Positions 20,241-31,608 of a DNA stretch of 64,000 nt are shown here, one piece after another. How positions within the stretch are numbered: the first letter of the stretch is position 1; every line of letters begins with the position of its first letter. A model generated the notes under the pieces. The model saw nothing but the letters and a program-made list of their open reading frames with translations, was not told the origin of the DNA and searched no databases. Where the stretch lies: IMG/VR virus record IMGVR_UViG_3300011008_000045, positions 1 to 64,000 of that record; one strand, given 5' to 3'. Source of the DNA: a virus (lineage: Duplodnaviria > Caudoviricetes). Made by a program: the position numbers and the translations under genes.

Positions 20241-21716
20241 ATGGCTAATATTTGTGAATTTACTTTAGTAGTTGTAGCTAAATCTAAATCTTATTTAGAT
20301 AAGTTTGAATCTATTCTTATAACTAATGGAACTAATTTTAATAATAATAGATATATTGCTGGAATATGTAGTTGTGAAAGAATAGAATTTATTAAAGGAA
20401 ACTATAATTGCGCAGCGGTTTATGTTGGAGAGTGTAAATGGTCTGCTTATTCATGCTTTAGAAAAGGCGAATATACATATTTTAATGATAAGTATAAATA
20501 TGATAATTTAGGTAATAGAACTTGTTTAGAAGATTTATCAAAAGAATTAAATTTAGAAATAGAATTATTTGGTAAAGAATCCGGAATGAGCTTTAGTGAA
20601 TATTGTCATATTAAAGATGGTGAAATAATTGAAGATGCCACGGGTTATTATGAATCTCCAATAATTAAAGATTATGAAACTTATGAAGATTTTATTAAAG
20701 ATGAAAATAATAAAGGATATGTGCATATGACTGAAGAAATATTTAATAATGCTAAACGTGAAGGATTAGCTTATGTCGATTTAGTTGAATATGAATATCC
20801 TGATAACAGTAAATTAAATTTACATGTCATTGAGCATTCTCAATCTTCTTATACAAAGATTAATGATATAATATATTATATTAAATATGCTCAAGCTTGT
20901 AAAAGTTATTGTGATTATATCTATGAGCATATTAATAATGTACAGAAAGTTTATGAGCAATTAAAGGATTTTCTCGAGGAATATTTTGAATTAAATTCCG
21001 AGGCCTTTGCTAATAATATTAAAAATCATGATATTAGTAAATTTCATCGTATAGAATTTGAAGGATATAGAGCGAGATTTTTCCCTGTAGATGAAGAAGA
21101 AACTGAATATTTAAATAAATATAATCCAGAATATTTTAAGACTGCTTGGGAATTTCATTATAAGCATAATCCTCATCATCCAGAATTTTATACTGCTATT
21201 AGAGATAGAAGTAAATCTAATGAAATTCCTGAGATGCCTGATGTTTATATAGCTGAAATGATTTGTGATTTATGGGCTATGTCTCTCAAATTTAATAATA
21301 CTCCTTTAGAGTATATTAAATCTAATGAGAGTGAATTTAAAGATATAATGAATTCTAAATCATATAATAAATTAATCGATGCTTTATATAATATCGAAGT
21401 TAATAATTTAATGGAAGGTTTGTATAATATGAATAGTATGAGAAAAGTAAAAGATTATACTTGCCCTAAATGCAAGTCAGATAATATTGTTCGTGAAGGT
21501 CCTGATGATATTATTGATAATGGTAGCGATTATATAGAATATACTTGTGCTAATTGTGGTTATAATCTAGCTTGGTGCATACCCGATTATAGCGATGAAT
21601 ATGGCGGAATGTCGGAAGAAAAGTTTCATCGAGTATGGGACTCTGGTTTATATGATAGTGGAAATCTTGTACTCATAAACAATAAATTAACACAAGATAT
21701 TTTACATGAAATTTAG
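20241..21716 (+). CDS. Multidomain protein: ferredoxin-like N-terminus, HD-like (DUF5662-type) domain, Zn ribbon
   Basis: HDISKF...AWEFHYKHNPHHPE...EMICD; CPKC/CANC. Confidence 0.65.
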   Translation: MANICEFTLVVVAKSKSYLDKFESILITNGTNFNNNRYIAGICSCERIEFIKGNYNCAAVYVGECKWSAYSCFRKGEYTYFNDKYKYDNLGNRTCLEDLSKELNLEIELFGKESGMSFSEYCHIKDGEIIEDATGYYESPIIKDYETYEDFIKDENNKGYVHMTEEIFNNAKREGLAYVDLVEYEYPDNSKLNLHVIEHSQSSYTKINDIIYYIKYAQACKSYCDYIYEHINNVQKVYEQLKDFLEEYFELNSEAFANNIKNHDISKFHRIEFEGYRARFFPVDEEETEYLNKYNPEYFKTAWEFHYKHNPHHPEFYTAIRDRSKSNEIPEMPDVYIAEMICDLWAMSLKFNNTPLEYIKSNESEFKDIMNSKSYNKLIDALYNIEVNNLMEGLYNMNSMRKVKDYTCPKCKSDNIVREGPDDIIDNGSDYIEYTCANCGYNLAWCIPDYSDEYGGMSEEKFHRVWDSGLYDSGNLVLINNKLTQDILHEI

Positions 21717-21767
21717 ATTTCTAGCATCTTCTATAATAAAAAGATTTCCTCCATAAATAAATTTTTA

Positions 21768-21793
21768 TCCCGTAGGTATATATACCTACGGGA
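21768..21793. terminator. Bidirectional terminator (perfect 26-bp palindrome)
   Basis: tcccgtaggtatatatacctacggga between convergent genes. Confidence 0.7.
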
Positions 21794-21797
21794 GTTT

Positions 21798-23003
21798 TTA
21801 TTTTTTTTCATTTGCTTTCTTAATTACAAGAGCTAAATAAGCATTAAAAGCTTTAAAATATGCACTTTCTGTGGCCGTTCTATTACGTCTTCTAGCAAAT
21901 GCATCTGAGTTATTTAATAACATTATTTCCATAAGTTCTCTTTTTCTTAATTGATATTTATCTTTAGTATTGGGCGTTGGTCTTATACAAAAACTTATAA
22001 ACGATATGTCATTAACATCTTTCTCTTTACTAGCATCTAAACTCGAAAAATATAATGATACCATTAGAGTTATAAATTCTTTAATCAGAGGAATATTTTC
22101 TTTATTACTTACTAAACTCTCGAATATAGTATTAAGTTCTTCATAACTAACAAGATTATTACTTGCCCGTTTTATAGATTGCTTATCTACATATTTAGTA
22201 GTAATTTCATCCACAGCAGCATCTACTATTCTATTTAATTTAAAACTATCATTATCTATAGTACGAAAATTATCTTCACTTACATCATCAGAATCAAATG
22301 TCATTATAGCATTTTTATTCTCATGAGCTTTATAATATAATTCAGCTATATTTTGTAAAAATAAATTAATTCTAGTATGTATCTGTTGTACTAAGTATTG
22401 TACATCATAATCAGTAAAATCTTTAAATTTATCATCTTTATAAGCATCCACCCATGAATTAGCTGCTGATTTTAATGAAGCTAATATAGTTCCATATCTT
22501 ATAAGATCAAATCTAGAATTCATCATAGTATTAACAACATATTCCATTATATGTGTTTGTGGTGTAAATTTAAAATATCCATGAAATATACTCGACCACA
22601 TCTTTCCAGAGAATACTAAATTAAGTAATGCTAAATTTAACATAGCTTCATTTTTTTGTAATAAATAATAACGTACCATACAACATAATGCTATAGTACT
22701 TTCATCTTTAGCATATCTTGGATTAAAATTTCCTATAGGATAAAAATATGTTCCTTTGATTGCTTCTGTTATTATTTTTTTATCTACCCCTGTGGCAGCA
22801 AACCACTTATTTATATCATCTGTAGAATAATAAATTTGTGCTGGTAATGATGAAAATAAAACTTGTTGTCTAACTGGGTTAATCATGAAGTTAGACATAA
22901 AAGCTTTATATTTTGTTGTAGCCGAAGATTTACTTAATTTTTCTTCTATTTCTTTATATGCCACATCTCTTATCGATGTAGTATCAGTATTTCCCTTGCT
23001 CAT
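21798..23003 (-). CDS. Hypothetical protein (late promoter; possibly virion-associated)
   Basis: 401 aa; aaaggaag RBS; ACA-N6-TAA upstream. Confidence 0.7.
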   Translation of the reverse strand: MSKGNTDTTSIRDVAYKEIEEKLSKSSATTKYKAFMSNFMINPVRQQVLFSSLPAQIYYSTDDINKWFAATGVDKKIITEAIKGTYFYPIGNFNPRYAKDESTIALCCMVRYYLLQKNEAMLNLALLNLVFSGKMWSSIFHGYFKFTPQTHIMEYVVNTMMNSRFDLIRYGTILASLKSAANSWVDAYKDDKFKDFTDYDVQYLVQQIHTRINLFLQNIAELYYKAHENKNAIMTFDSDDVSEDNFRTIDNDSFKLNRIVDAAVDEITTKYVDKQSIKRASNNLVSYEELNTIFESLVSNKENIPLIKEFITLMVSLYFSSLDASKEKDVNDISFISFCIRPTPNTKDKYQLRKRELMEIMLLNNSDAFARRRNRTATESAYFKAFNAYLALVIKKANEKK

Positions 23004-23046
23004 TAATTTTTTTCACTTCCTTTGATTATTAAAATGTCATCCGAAC

Positions 23047-24693
23047 CTATATATGCACAATTACACCATTATGTAAAGTAAAATATTGTTTTGATGAAGA
23101 ATCGAATTTAAAATCAAACTTATATTCATTACAATTTTGCTGCTCTACGGAACTTACTCTAAAATATACTTTACCATCTTTAACTATATAGTCGGTTCCA
23201 TATATAGCATCTATAGCTTTATAATTATAATATTTTATATTTACATTAACAGTACTTGGCGGTTCACCATCTTCACTATCATCATCAGAAGTACTACTTG
23301 AAGAACCATAACTATAAGATCCTCCAATACTAATAGATGAAGAATAATGATTATTATACCCCCAATTATTATTAGTTGGATCATACGGAGGATTATAACT
23401 TTCATATTTTGATGCTTTAAATACTGCTAATACTATGATTTTTTCTTTTTCTCTATTATAACTACCATCTTCATTACTATCTCCACCAATATCAAATCCA
23501 GAATTATTTAATGATAGTGATCCGATAGTATCACTTTCGACTTCATCCAACTTCTTAGGCGATCTCATATCAAAAATACATATACTATAAACTTTAGTAA
23601 GTGGTTCGATACTAACACTAACAGAATAATCCTCTTCAGAGTTACCATCACTATCAGATGATTCTTTCTTAGTAATACGCTCCACAATACCATAAATAGT
23701 CTCTTCAAACATCATACTTTGTCTGCTTAATAATGTGGCTAAAGATTCCATCATTAGAATTATATGAGGATATAATGATGATGCGGTATTATCATAATCG
23801 GTATTAATCATTAATCCATCTAATAATCCTAAACGCTCTTGCAAGTCACAATTCATAATATCAGATGGTAGACACAATTCATTACCATCTTCTGTAACAC
23901 TATTAGGTATCATAGTATATAATCCTGCTAGCATGCCTTTAGATTCATCTAACGGTTTTATATATCGATATTCAGTATCCCAATCATATGATTTAATTTG
24001 TCTATAGAATCCCATGCTATCACTAATAGAATGAGAATTAAATAATAATTTTATAGTATTATCACTTAATTCTACACTTCCTCTGGGGAGATCATCTAGA
24101 AAATAACTACCATCTACTTGAACTCTTAAAGTCTCTATAGCATCTCTATGCATAGATAGCATGCCACAACATAGATAATGTATTAATGTTTCTAAATCAT
24201 ATTTAGGTAATTTACTAAATTCTATATAGTCTATCGTTGTAGTAACTCCATATTTTAATTCTTGATCATCAGCTTCTTTTTCATCTTCTTTTATACTAGA
24301 TTCGTCTCCTATGGCAAAACAAGCTCCGATAGTAAAACCGGATTGATATGCAGCATCATCTTCGGCAAATGCTGATGATGAATCTACACTTACATTCATT
24401 TGTATAAAATCATTTGTAGTTAATTGAGAAGTTTTTATTTGACCTCTTTGAGTTAATTGAATATGATCTCCTGTAAGGGATAGAGATTTATAGTTAACTG
24501 TTTTTACCATATATTTAGATGATACTGGTTGATCTGACATAACTAAATCCACTTCTCTCCATTCACCATCATATAATACTCTCATAGTATATACATAATC
24601 AGGTTTAAACCACGCTAATCTATTTAAAGGTAATGACATTACTCCTTGACGTAATGGCGATGTCATTATTCGTTGAGATCCAACAAAAGACAT
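23047..24693 (-). CDS. Free-standing intein-derived (Hint plus degenerate LAGLIDADG) protein
   Basis: ggaggg RBS before ATG 24693; begins SFVGSQRIMT (block A), has LTGDH (block B), ends YFTLHNGVIVHI* (block G without Asn). Confidence 0.7.
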   Translation of the reverse strand: MSFVGSQRIMTSPLRQGVMSLPLNRLAWFKPDYVYTMRVLYDGEWREVDLVMSDQPVSSKYMVKTVNYKSLSLTGDHIQLTQRGQIKTSQLTTNDFIQMNVSVDSSSAFAEDDAAYQSGFTIGACFAIGDESSIKEDEKEADDQELKYGVTTTIDYIEFSKLPKYDLETLIHYLCCGMLSMHRDAIETLRVQVDGSYFLDDLPRGSVELSDNTIKLLFNSHSISDSMGFYRQIKSYDWDTEYRYIKPLDESKGMLAGLYTMIPNSVTEDGNELCLPSDIMNCDLQERLGLLDGLMINTDYDNTASSLYPHIILMMESLATLLSRQSMMFEETIYGIVERITKKESSDSDGNSEEDYSVSVSIEPLTKVYSICIFDMRSPKKLDEVESDTIGSLSLNNSGFDIGGDSNEDGSYNREKEKIIVLAVFKASKYESYNPPYDPTNNNWGYNNHYSSSISIGGSYSYGSSSSTSDDDSEDGEPPSTVNVNIKYYNYKAIDAIYGTDYIVKDGKVYFRVSSVEQQNCNEYKFDFKFDSSSKQYFTLHNGVIVHI

Positions 24694-24801
24694 ATAATAT
24701 CCCTCCAGTAATATATTATTTTTAATGGCGTGTTTAAAAATGTTATTTTTTATTATAAAGGACACATTTATATAATTAATTTTTAGGAGGATAATAACAT
24801 T

Positions 24802-25350
24802 ATGTCTGATATTATTAAAGTTCCAAATAAAGATGAGATGATAGAATTAATAAAAGACATGCCCGATATATATCTAGCACAATTTTATAAATTAAGTGCT
24901 TATTATCTTGGTTTTTTATCATATAATAAGAATAATGGCGGTATTAAAAATAGTGATAGAGGAATATTTGTTGGAGAGTCTGAGAAAACTCTTATGATGT
25001 TACATATATTAACTAGTATGGCATCTAATGGCCATAAAGTAGAATCTCAGGTTTATTCTGATCCTAATAAGGTTAGTGTAACTCTAAAAGATGCTTTATT
25101 ATATTATTATAATTCTACTAAAGATAATACCGAAGAAAATGTCGAACTTGATACTATCGATTTAGTAGATACTATAAATAATATAGATAATATGAGTATG
25201 GAAGAAACTAAAGAGGCTTTAACTAAAATTACTGAAAAATTATTATCTATTAAAGATAAACAAATATTAAATATAGATAATAAAGAAGAAGATAAATCTG
25301 TAAAGAAGCCTAAGAGTCGTAAGACTACTAAGAGTAAAAAAGATGCATAA
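24802..25350 (+). CDS. Hypothetical protein
   Basis: aggagg RBS; basic C-terminal tail. Confidence 0.7.
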   Translation: MSDIIKVPNKDEMIELIKDMPDIYLAQFYKLSAYYLGFLSYNKNNGGIKNSDRGIFVGESEKTLMMLHILTSMASNGHKVESQVYSDPNKVSVTLKDALLYYYNSTKDNTEENVELDTIDLVDTINNIDNMSMEETKEALTKITEKLLSIKDKQILNIDNKEEDKSVKKPKSRKTTKSKKDA

Positions 25351-25402
25351 AAATAATTAACTATTATTTTATAAATTTTATCTAAAGGAGAATTATACAA
25401 AA

Positions 25403-25966
25403 ATGCCTGGTAGAAAGACAAAAACTAAGAAAATCATGACAAAAAAGGAAGATAAGAAACTTGTGGTTAATGGTGTAAATACACCTAGCGAGATAATGGA
25501 AAAAATTAGTCGTATCACACCTGAAGAAGCTAAATCGGCATTAGAATTCATAGATAATTTTAAAAATGCTGATCTTGATAAGATTAAATCTGATGCTATT
25601 GAAAAAGTAGATAGTATGAATATTCCAGACGATTTCACAGTAAAAGATATGCTATATGAAGAATTCAGAGAATGGAATATTGATATTAATGATAAGGTAA
25701 GATTGTTTATCGATTTCTTGTGTGATACTATTACTAAAGAAAAATTAAATACTAGACCATCATATAATGATGTAATAAAATTAATAGATAAAGATGGTAG
25801 ACTTACTGCTACTGGATTTATTAATATACTTAATAAGATAGCTAAAGATGCTCAGTTTATTAATACTAAATTCTTCCCTACATTATCAAAAATTAGACGC
25901 AGTGATATTACTCCAGAATTACTTCTTAATCAATTCATTGATTATACATATGATGAAACCGAATAA
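25403..25966 (+). CDS. Hypothetical protein
   Basis: aaaggag RBS. Confidence 0.7.
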   Translation: MPGRKTKTKKIMTKKEDKKLVVNGVNTPSEIMEKISRITPEEAKSALEFIDNFKNADLDKIKSDAIEKVDSMNIPDDFTVKDMLYEEFREWNIDINDKVRLFIDFLCDTITKEKLNTRPSYNDVIKLIDKDGRLTATGFINILNKIAKDAQFINTKFFPTLSKIRRSDITPELLLNQFIDYTYDETE

Positions 25967-26015
25967 AAGTACTATGGAAGACATCCTAATAATTTTAATA
26001 TAATTTATTAAGGAA

Positions 26016-27566
26016 GTGAATTATTCCATGAATTTTATTTTTGATGAAGCGAGTAAAAAAATAAAACATAGTGAGCCGGTTGAACAGCCTAAGAAGACAA
26101 ATAAACCGAGTGGAGCTAATAGAATTAAATATACAAAAAGTGCTTTACAAAAACAATTAGAAGCATTTGAATATATGCATCCATCACCAGAAAAAGAATA
26201 TCCTGCAGAGATTACTAACCCAGCTATAGATTTACCAACTAAAGAGCATAGACAAAATTCTACTTCAGGATTTATTAATCTCACAGTCGCCGAAAACTCG
26301 GGTATTCAATTTCCAACAGCCGATTCTGATAAAGCGACTACGATTAAGGATGGTAATGTAGAATCTTTAAGAGATCCTAAGAGTATTACGAGCTTATATG
26401 AGAATGGGTTAGAATTTATGCCGGATATTAATAATTCTTATATATTCTCTAATTTAGATACTTTAATATTCTATTTACCAGAGCATCTTAATGATTTAAA
26501 TTATATGACTTCATTAAAGAATGCTTTTAATGAAATATTTAAGAGTAAATGTAAAGAGATAGCATTCTCTAATAATACCGATAATTTATTTTTTGGTATT
26601 AGAGTATATCCAGTATTTAATAATAGTGAATTGCAATCATTCTGTAATGGTAATACTAATATTAATGAATTTACTTATAATATTGAATTTGATAGTAAAT
26701 TATGGGATCCGATAATAAGTTTAGATGCTAGTGAAATGACAGCATTAGTAATATATGCTATATATTATTCTACTAATAAAAATGTATTAAATTCTTTAGT
26801 TAATAATATTACAGCATATCAATTAAAGAATTCGGTACGTCTCGAACTTAATCATAATGGAAAATATGAAATTTTAAATTATGCTATTTCTGATTCTATG
26901 ATGAAGGCAGGTTCTCCATTTAATAAAACTATATCAGATCTTGCTACAGATAAACTTATTCATTCTCTTCAAATGTCTGGGGATATTGAGCATGGACTGA
27001 GAAAATTAGAAAATAATCTTAATTATTTTAAACAGGATGCAGATAATCGTTTTATCATCTTAGGATGGGCTTTAAGAGTATTAGATGATTATGAGAATTT
27101 AATGCTTCATGCTGTCCATCAGATAAAGAAATGCATAGATATTACTGGAAGTTTATTAGAGAGACAAATAATGTTAAGAATAGTTAATACTATAGAACGC
27201 ATGGATCATTTAGTAAATGAGAATTATATAGAAGAAGCTACTAAAGAAAAAGATGATGATAAATATCATGCTTTTACTTTAAAGCAGTCTAAAAATGAAT
27301 TAGTAGATATTAAAAATAATTTAAATGTTACTAATGATTCTAATGGTCTCTCATCTATAGCAAGTAATATTATTAATAATATAGATATTATTCAAACTAT
27401 ATTATCTAATCCTAATTTAGATAGTATGGAACGTTCTGAATGGGATTCTGTATTATTAGATTATTTAAACGTTAAAGATTCTTTAATAGCAACTAAAGAT
27501 TATTTAAATCATTTTGGTGGAAGTAGAATTCCTACGGAATATTTAAGCAAAGAAAATAATATTTAA
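26016..27566 (+). CDS. Hypothetical protein, probably virion structural
   Basis: 516 aa; late motif at 25981. Confidence 0.65.
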   Translation: MNYSMNFIFDEASKKIKHSEPVEQPKKTNKPSGANRIKYTKSALQKQLEAFEYMHPSPEKEYPAEITNPAIDLPTKEHRQNSTSGFINLTVAENSGIQFPTADSDKATTIKDGNVESLRDPKSITSLYENGLEFMPDINNSYIFSNLDTLIFYLPEHLNDLNYMTSLKNAFNEIFKSKCKEIAFSNNTDNLFFGIRVYPVFNNSELQSFCNGNTNINEFTYNIEFDSKLWDPIISLDASEMTALVIYAIYYSTNKNVLNSLVNNITAYQLKNSVRLELNHNGKYEILNYAISDSMMKAGSPFNKTISDLATDKLIHSLQMSGDIEHGLRKLENNLNYFKQDADNRFIILGWALRVLDDYENLMLHAVHQIKKCIDITGSLLERQIMLRIVNTIERMDHLVNENYIEEATKEKDDDKYHAFTLKQSKNELVDIKNNLNVTNDSNGLSSIASNIINNIDIIQTILSNPNLDSMERSEWDSVLLDYLNVKDSLIATKDYLNHFGGSRIPTEYLSKENNI

Positions 27567-27678
27567 ATCAAATTTTAATTATATATTATATAATTAGAGA
27601 ATATGTAATAAATTACATATTTTTAAACACACTATTAAGTGTAAAATTATATATTATATGAAAGGATAAGATTAAATT

Positions 27679-28512
27679 ATGGCGTATAATAATAATGATA
27701 ACAGGCCAACTATTAACACTTATTCGGCAATCTCATTAATTAATAATGAGTCACAGATCACTGGTTGTTCTATGAATATTAGTTATTTTAATAAGATGAT
27801 GGTTATATCTTTTGTTATTAATTCAAAGAGTTTTAACCAACAGCAAGATCAACTTAAAATTTATATATCTTACATGCAGGCTAAGAAATTAGCAGATACA
27901 GCAAGAAAAATGTTTAATGATCCTGATAGTGGAATGAATAATGTATGTATTGAAACTAAATATGGATTATTAAAAATTAGTACTGGTAAAGAATTTAATG
28001 TTGATAGCCCGTGTATCAGTGTTATTTATATAACAAAAGATGGTAATACACAGGAAATAATTTATCAGACAAAATCAAATTATGAATGTGCTTATAATTA
28101 TCAGAATGGAGAATTTTCTAAAGTTAATTATCCGATGATGGAAATCGAAACATTTATTTTAGCTTTAGAAGAATATTACAGAGCTGCTAATTATGCTATT
28201 GCCGCATCTGTTCATGAAGCATCTTTATATAGAGACACTTCAAAGTATGAAATGCTTAGAGCTATAGCCGGTAAAGTCGGAGTTAGAACTGGTGGTAATA
28301 ATAACCAGCGTAATTATAATAGTAGTGGAAACTATAATAATTATAACCAATCTGCTAATCCTAATACGGTAAATCCTTCCAGAGGAGCCGGATTCTCTAA
28401 CCAGACATTTTTAGCTAATGGTAATAACAATAATCAGAATAATGAGCAGTTCTCTTCTCAGACATTCGATGATTTTGCTGATAGTGCTTTATCAAGTTTA
28501 GATGATGATTAA
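27679..28512 (+). CDS. Putative single-stranded DNA-binding protein
   Basis: Beta-rich core, N/G-rich linker and acidic tail (FDDF...LDDD), an SSB-like architecture; function inferred. Confidence 0.45.
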   Translation: MAYNNNDNRPTINTYSAISLINNESQITGCSMNISYFNKMMVISFVINSKSFNQQQDQLKIYISYMQAKKLADTARKMFNDPDSGMNNVCIETKYGLLKISTGKEFNVDSPCISVIYITKDGNTQEIIYQTKSNYECAYNYQNGEFSKVNYPMMEIETFILALEEYYRAANYAIAASVHEASLYRDTSKYEMLRAIAGKVGVRTGGNNNQRNYNSSGNYNNYNQSANPNTVNPSRGAGFSNQTFLANGNNNNQNNEQFSSQTFDDFADSALSSLDDD

Positions 28513-28582
28513 TAATTATATCACGGATTCATCGAAATCCGTGATATAAATTTTCTTTTATATTACGGAGGCGATTAAGCAT

Positions 28583-29053
28583 ATGGATTGTGTTATAAGA
28601 AAAATCACTATAAAAGATATTAAAGAAGATAAATTTAAAGTTAAAGAATCTGGAGAACTTGCTATAGCAATTTTAAAATGTGGTAGAGTGGAAATACCAT
28701 TAAGTGAAGAAGATTTTGGTAAACTAGTCGATAGTATTAATCTATATAATCTCAATCAGGTATCTTGTAGTAAATGTAAATATGCTTGTTTTAGTGATAG
28801 AGATGTTAGAGGAATATCTTGTTCTCTTAAGGCTCGTATGGATGGAATTCCGGATAATAGATTAGACAAATTTAATAGAAATTATGCTGTTAGACCAATG
28901 AATTCATGCCAATACAATCAGCCTAGAGAAATGATTACGGAAGTTCCAAAAGAAGAAAAAGTGGAAACTCCAAAAATGAATAATAATATTGATCCTAGAT
29001 TGAGACCAACTAGAGCAGTTCCACCAGATATGAAAACTTTCGGATTAAAGTAA
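28583..29053 (+). CDS. Hypothetical Cys-rich protein
   Basis: ggagg RBS; CSKCKYAC...C...C. Confidence 0.65.
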   Translation: MDCVIRKITIKDIKEDKFKVKESGELAIAILKCGRVEIPLSEEDFGKLVDSINLYNLNQVSCSKCKYACFSDRDVRGISCSLKARMDGIPDNRLDKFNRNYAVRPMNSCQYNQPREMITEVPKEEKVETPKMNNNIDPRLRPTRAVPPDMKTFGLK

Positions 29054-29054
29054 A

Positions 29055-29807
29055 ATGATTAATATACCAGAACATCATAAAGTATATAAAGGTAAAGATA
29101 ATGCTATTCTAGCTTCATTTGATTCTGTTATAGATATTGATCTAGCTTTATGGAGATATATAAAAGATAAGTATTCTACATCCGAATATCTTGATAAAGA
29201 TATGATTAATATAGATGATGAAAATATTATAAAGTTTATTCTTATGGATAGACGAGAACAAAATCCACTATCTTTATTAATACCTAATTATGATACAGAA
29301 AAAATGTATAATGATATTATAAATAATGATAGTATGCTTAATAATATTTTAGTCAATTACGGATCTCAATTTGACACTCTAAAATTATTTATTACATTTA
29401 TGAATAATGCTAGTAGTATTGATATAGATATTCTATGTAAAAATAATGGTCAAGCAGAAATAATAAAAAAATATACTAATAATAAAATTGGTGCTATAAT
29501 TAATTCTGCAAAAGATGTTGATATGAATAATTATAGCATTATACAAGTTAAATTTTTTTCTGATATTATATATTATCCCGAATTAAATGGCAAATATATA
29601 TGGATAGCTAATGCATTATATAATATGCAGAGAAATATGAATACTATTGATTTAACCTTATTCCAAGCATTTGGTCAATCAAATAAAATACAATTAATCG
29701 ATATGTATAGAGACGTTAAATGGTTTTTTACATCTAAAAGTAATGATGAAATTGAACGAAAGGTTGATGAAGAACTCAATGCAGAGAGAAATAAAATTGA
29801 GGACTAA
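29055..29807 (+). CDS. Hypothetical protein (possible HAD-like fold)
   Basis: ILASFDSVIDID near the N-terminus. Confidence 0.55.
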   Translation: MINIPEHHKVYKGKDNAILASFDSVIDIDLALWRYIKDKYSTSEYLDKDMINIDDENIIKFILMDRREQNPLSLLIPNYDTEKMYNDIINNDSMLNNILVNYGSQFDTLKLFITFMNNASSIDIDILCKNNGQAEIIKKYTNNKIGAIINSAKDVDMNNYSIIQVKFFSDIIYYPELNGKYIWIANALYNMQRNMNTIDLTLFQAFGQSNKIQLIDMYRDVKWFFTSKSNDEIERKVDEELNAERNKIED

Positions 29808-31539
29808 TATTATTGATCAGAAAGTAGCAAGAAAAATTCAACAGGAAGCTTTACATGTAATAGCAGATTCTGTTAAAATGTCATTTGGTCCTAAGGGGAG
29901 CATGACAGCAATAACAGATTATATGAACAGAGAACGTGAACAGGGCATTACTATTAAGCATACTAAAGACGGTCATACTATAATTAATAGTATTGAATTT
30001 TTAAATCCTATAGAGAGATCAGTACAAGATCTCGTAGTCGATATGACTCGTTATATAGTTAAAACTGTTGGAGATGGAACTACATCAGCAGCTATATTAT
30101 CAAGTTTAATATTTGATGAATTTTGTAATATGGAATTTGATGCTAATTTATGCCCATCTGATATTATTCAGGAATTTAGTAAACGTGTTAAATTAGTTAA
30201 TGATTTAATTATCTCTAAGGGTAGAGAATGTACTTTAGAAGATATATATAATATTTGTCTTATTGCTACTAATGATAATAAAGAACTTACTGATACTTTA
30301 TATGAAGTATATAAAAAATTCGGTAAGGAAGTTTATATAAATATTGAAACGTCGCCTAGAGAAATTAATATTGTTAAAGAGTATGATGGTATGACTCTAG
30401 AAACTGGTTTCTCTAATATTGCATTTATTAATGATAAATCAAATAATAGTGCTAGAGTACAGAACCCACATATTTATATTTTCCAGGATCCGATTGATAC
30501 ACCAGAGATGATTAGTTTCTTTAATACTATTATAGATAAAAATATAATGAATCCTTTAAAGAATATGAATAAACCTAAAACTCCTCAACAGAATGGAATG
30601 GATCAATTAGTTCCAACAGTAATCTTATGTAAAAAGATTACTCCAGATATTTCATCATACTTAGAAACTTTAATTCAATTAATGCACTCTAACCCAGGAG
30701 TAATACCATTTATATTAGTATCAGATATCCATCAAGAATATATGTTAGAAGATATCTTACTCATGACAGGATCCAAATGGATTAAAAAATATCTTGATCC
30801 AGAGGTACAGAAAAATGATCAAGAACAAGGTTTAGCTCCGACATTAGAGAATATTCATGAATGGTATGGAACGGCTGATGAAGTTAGGTCGGATAAATAT
30901 AAAACACAGTTTATTAGACCTAAAGATATGTTTAATGCCGATGGAACTTATAGTGATAAATATAATATGATGCTAAACTATCTTAATTCACAGATAGATA
31001 AAGCCACTAACGAAGGTGCTGGGGTAAATGAAGTAGCTACATTAAAAAGAAGATATAATTCCTTTAAAGGAAATATGGTAGATTTTCTAGTCGGAGGAAT
31101 TACATTATCTGATAGAGAAGCCTTGAAAGCTGCTCTTGAAGATGCAGTATATAATGTAAGATCTGCTGTTGCTAATGGTGTTGGATATGGAAGTAACTTT
31201 ATGGCATACTCTACTTTAAAAGAACTTTTATCACATGAAGACAGAGCTCACGATATATATCTTCAGATGTTATGTCATGCCTATTTTGAATTATTAGCAT
31301 GCTTATATAAAAATAGTTTCCCAACTAGATATGAAGATATTATTAAAGAATCTCTTATTCATAATTGTCCTTTAAATATTAGAACCGAAGAATATGATCA
31401 TAAAGTATTATCTTCTATTAAGAGCGATGTAGTAATATTAGAAACTATTAATAAAATAGTGACTATGATGTATATCACTAATCAGTATTTATTACCTAAT
31501 GTAGCAATTAATGCGTATGATAATATTAAAACAGAGTAA
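29743..31539 (+). CDS. groEL: GroEL-like phage chaperonin
   Basis: SFGPKG, TKDGHTI, VGDGTTSA and EDA...GVGYG motifs. Confidence 0.9.
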   Translation: MMKLNERLMKNSMQREIKLRTNIIDQKVARKIQQEALHVIADSVKMSFGPKGSMTAITDYMNREREQGITIKHTKDGHTIINSIEFLNPIERSVQDLVVDMTRYIVKTVGDGTTSAAILSSLIFDEFCNMEFDANLCPSDIIQEFSKRVKLVNDLIISKGRECTLEDIYNICLIATNDNKELTDTLYEVYKKFGKEVYINIETSPREINIVKEYDGMTLETGFSNIAFINDKSNNSARVQNPHIYIFQDPIDTPEMISFFNTIIDKNIMNPLKNMNKPKTPQQNGMDQLVPTVILCKKITPDISSYLETLIQLMHSNPGVIPFILVSDIHQEYMLEDILLMTGSKWIKKYLDPEVQKNDQEQGLAPTLENIHEWYGTADEVRSDKYKTQFIRPKDMFNADGTYSDKYNMMLNYLNSQIDKATNEGAGVNEVATLKRRYNSFKGNMVDFLVGGITLSDREALKAALEDAVYNVRSAVANGVGYGSNFMAYSTLKELLSHEDRAHDIYLQMLCHAYFELLACLYKNSFPTRYEDIIKESLIHNCPLNIRTEEYDHKVLSSIKSDVVILETINKIVTMMYITNQYLLPNVAINAYDNIKTE

Positions 31540-31608
31540 ACTTAATATATATAAGGGATAATAATATTTATCCCTTATTAAACTTTCCATATTAAGAGAG
31601 GTGATATT

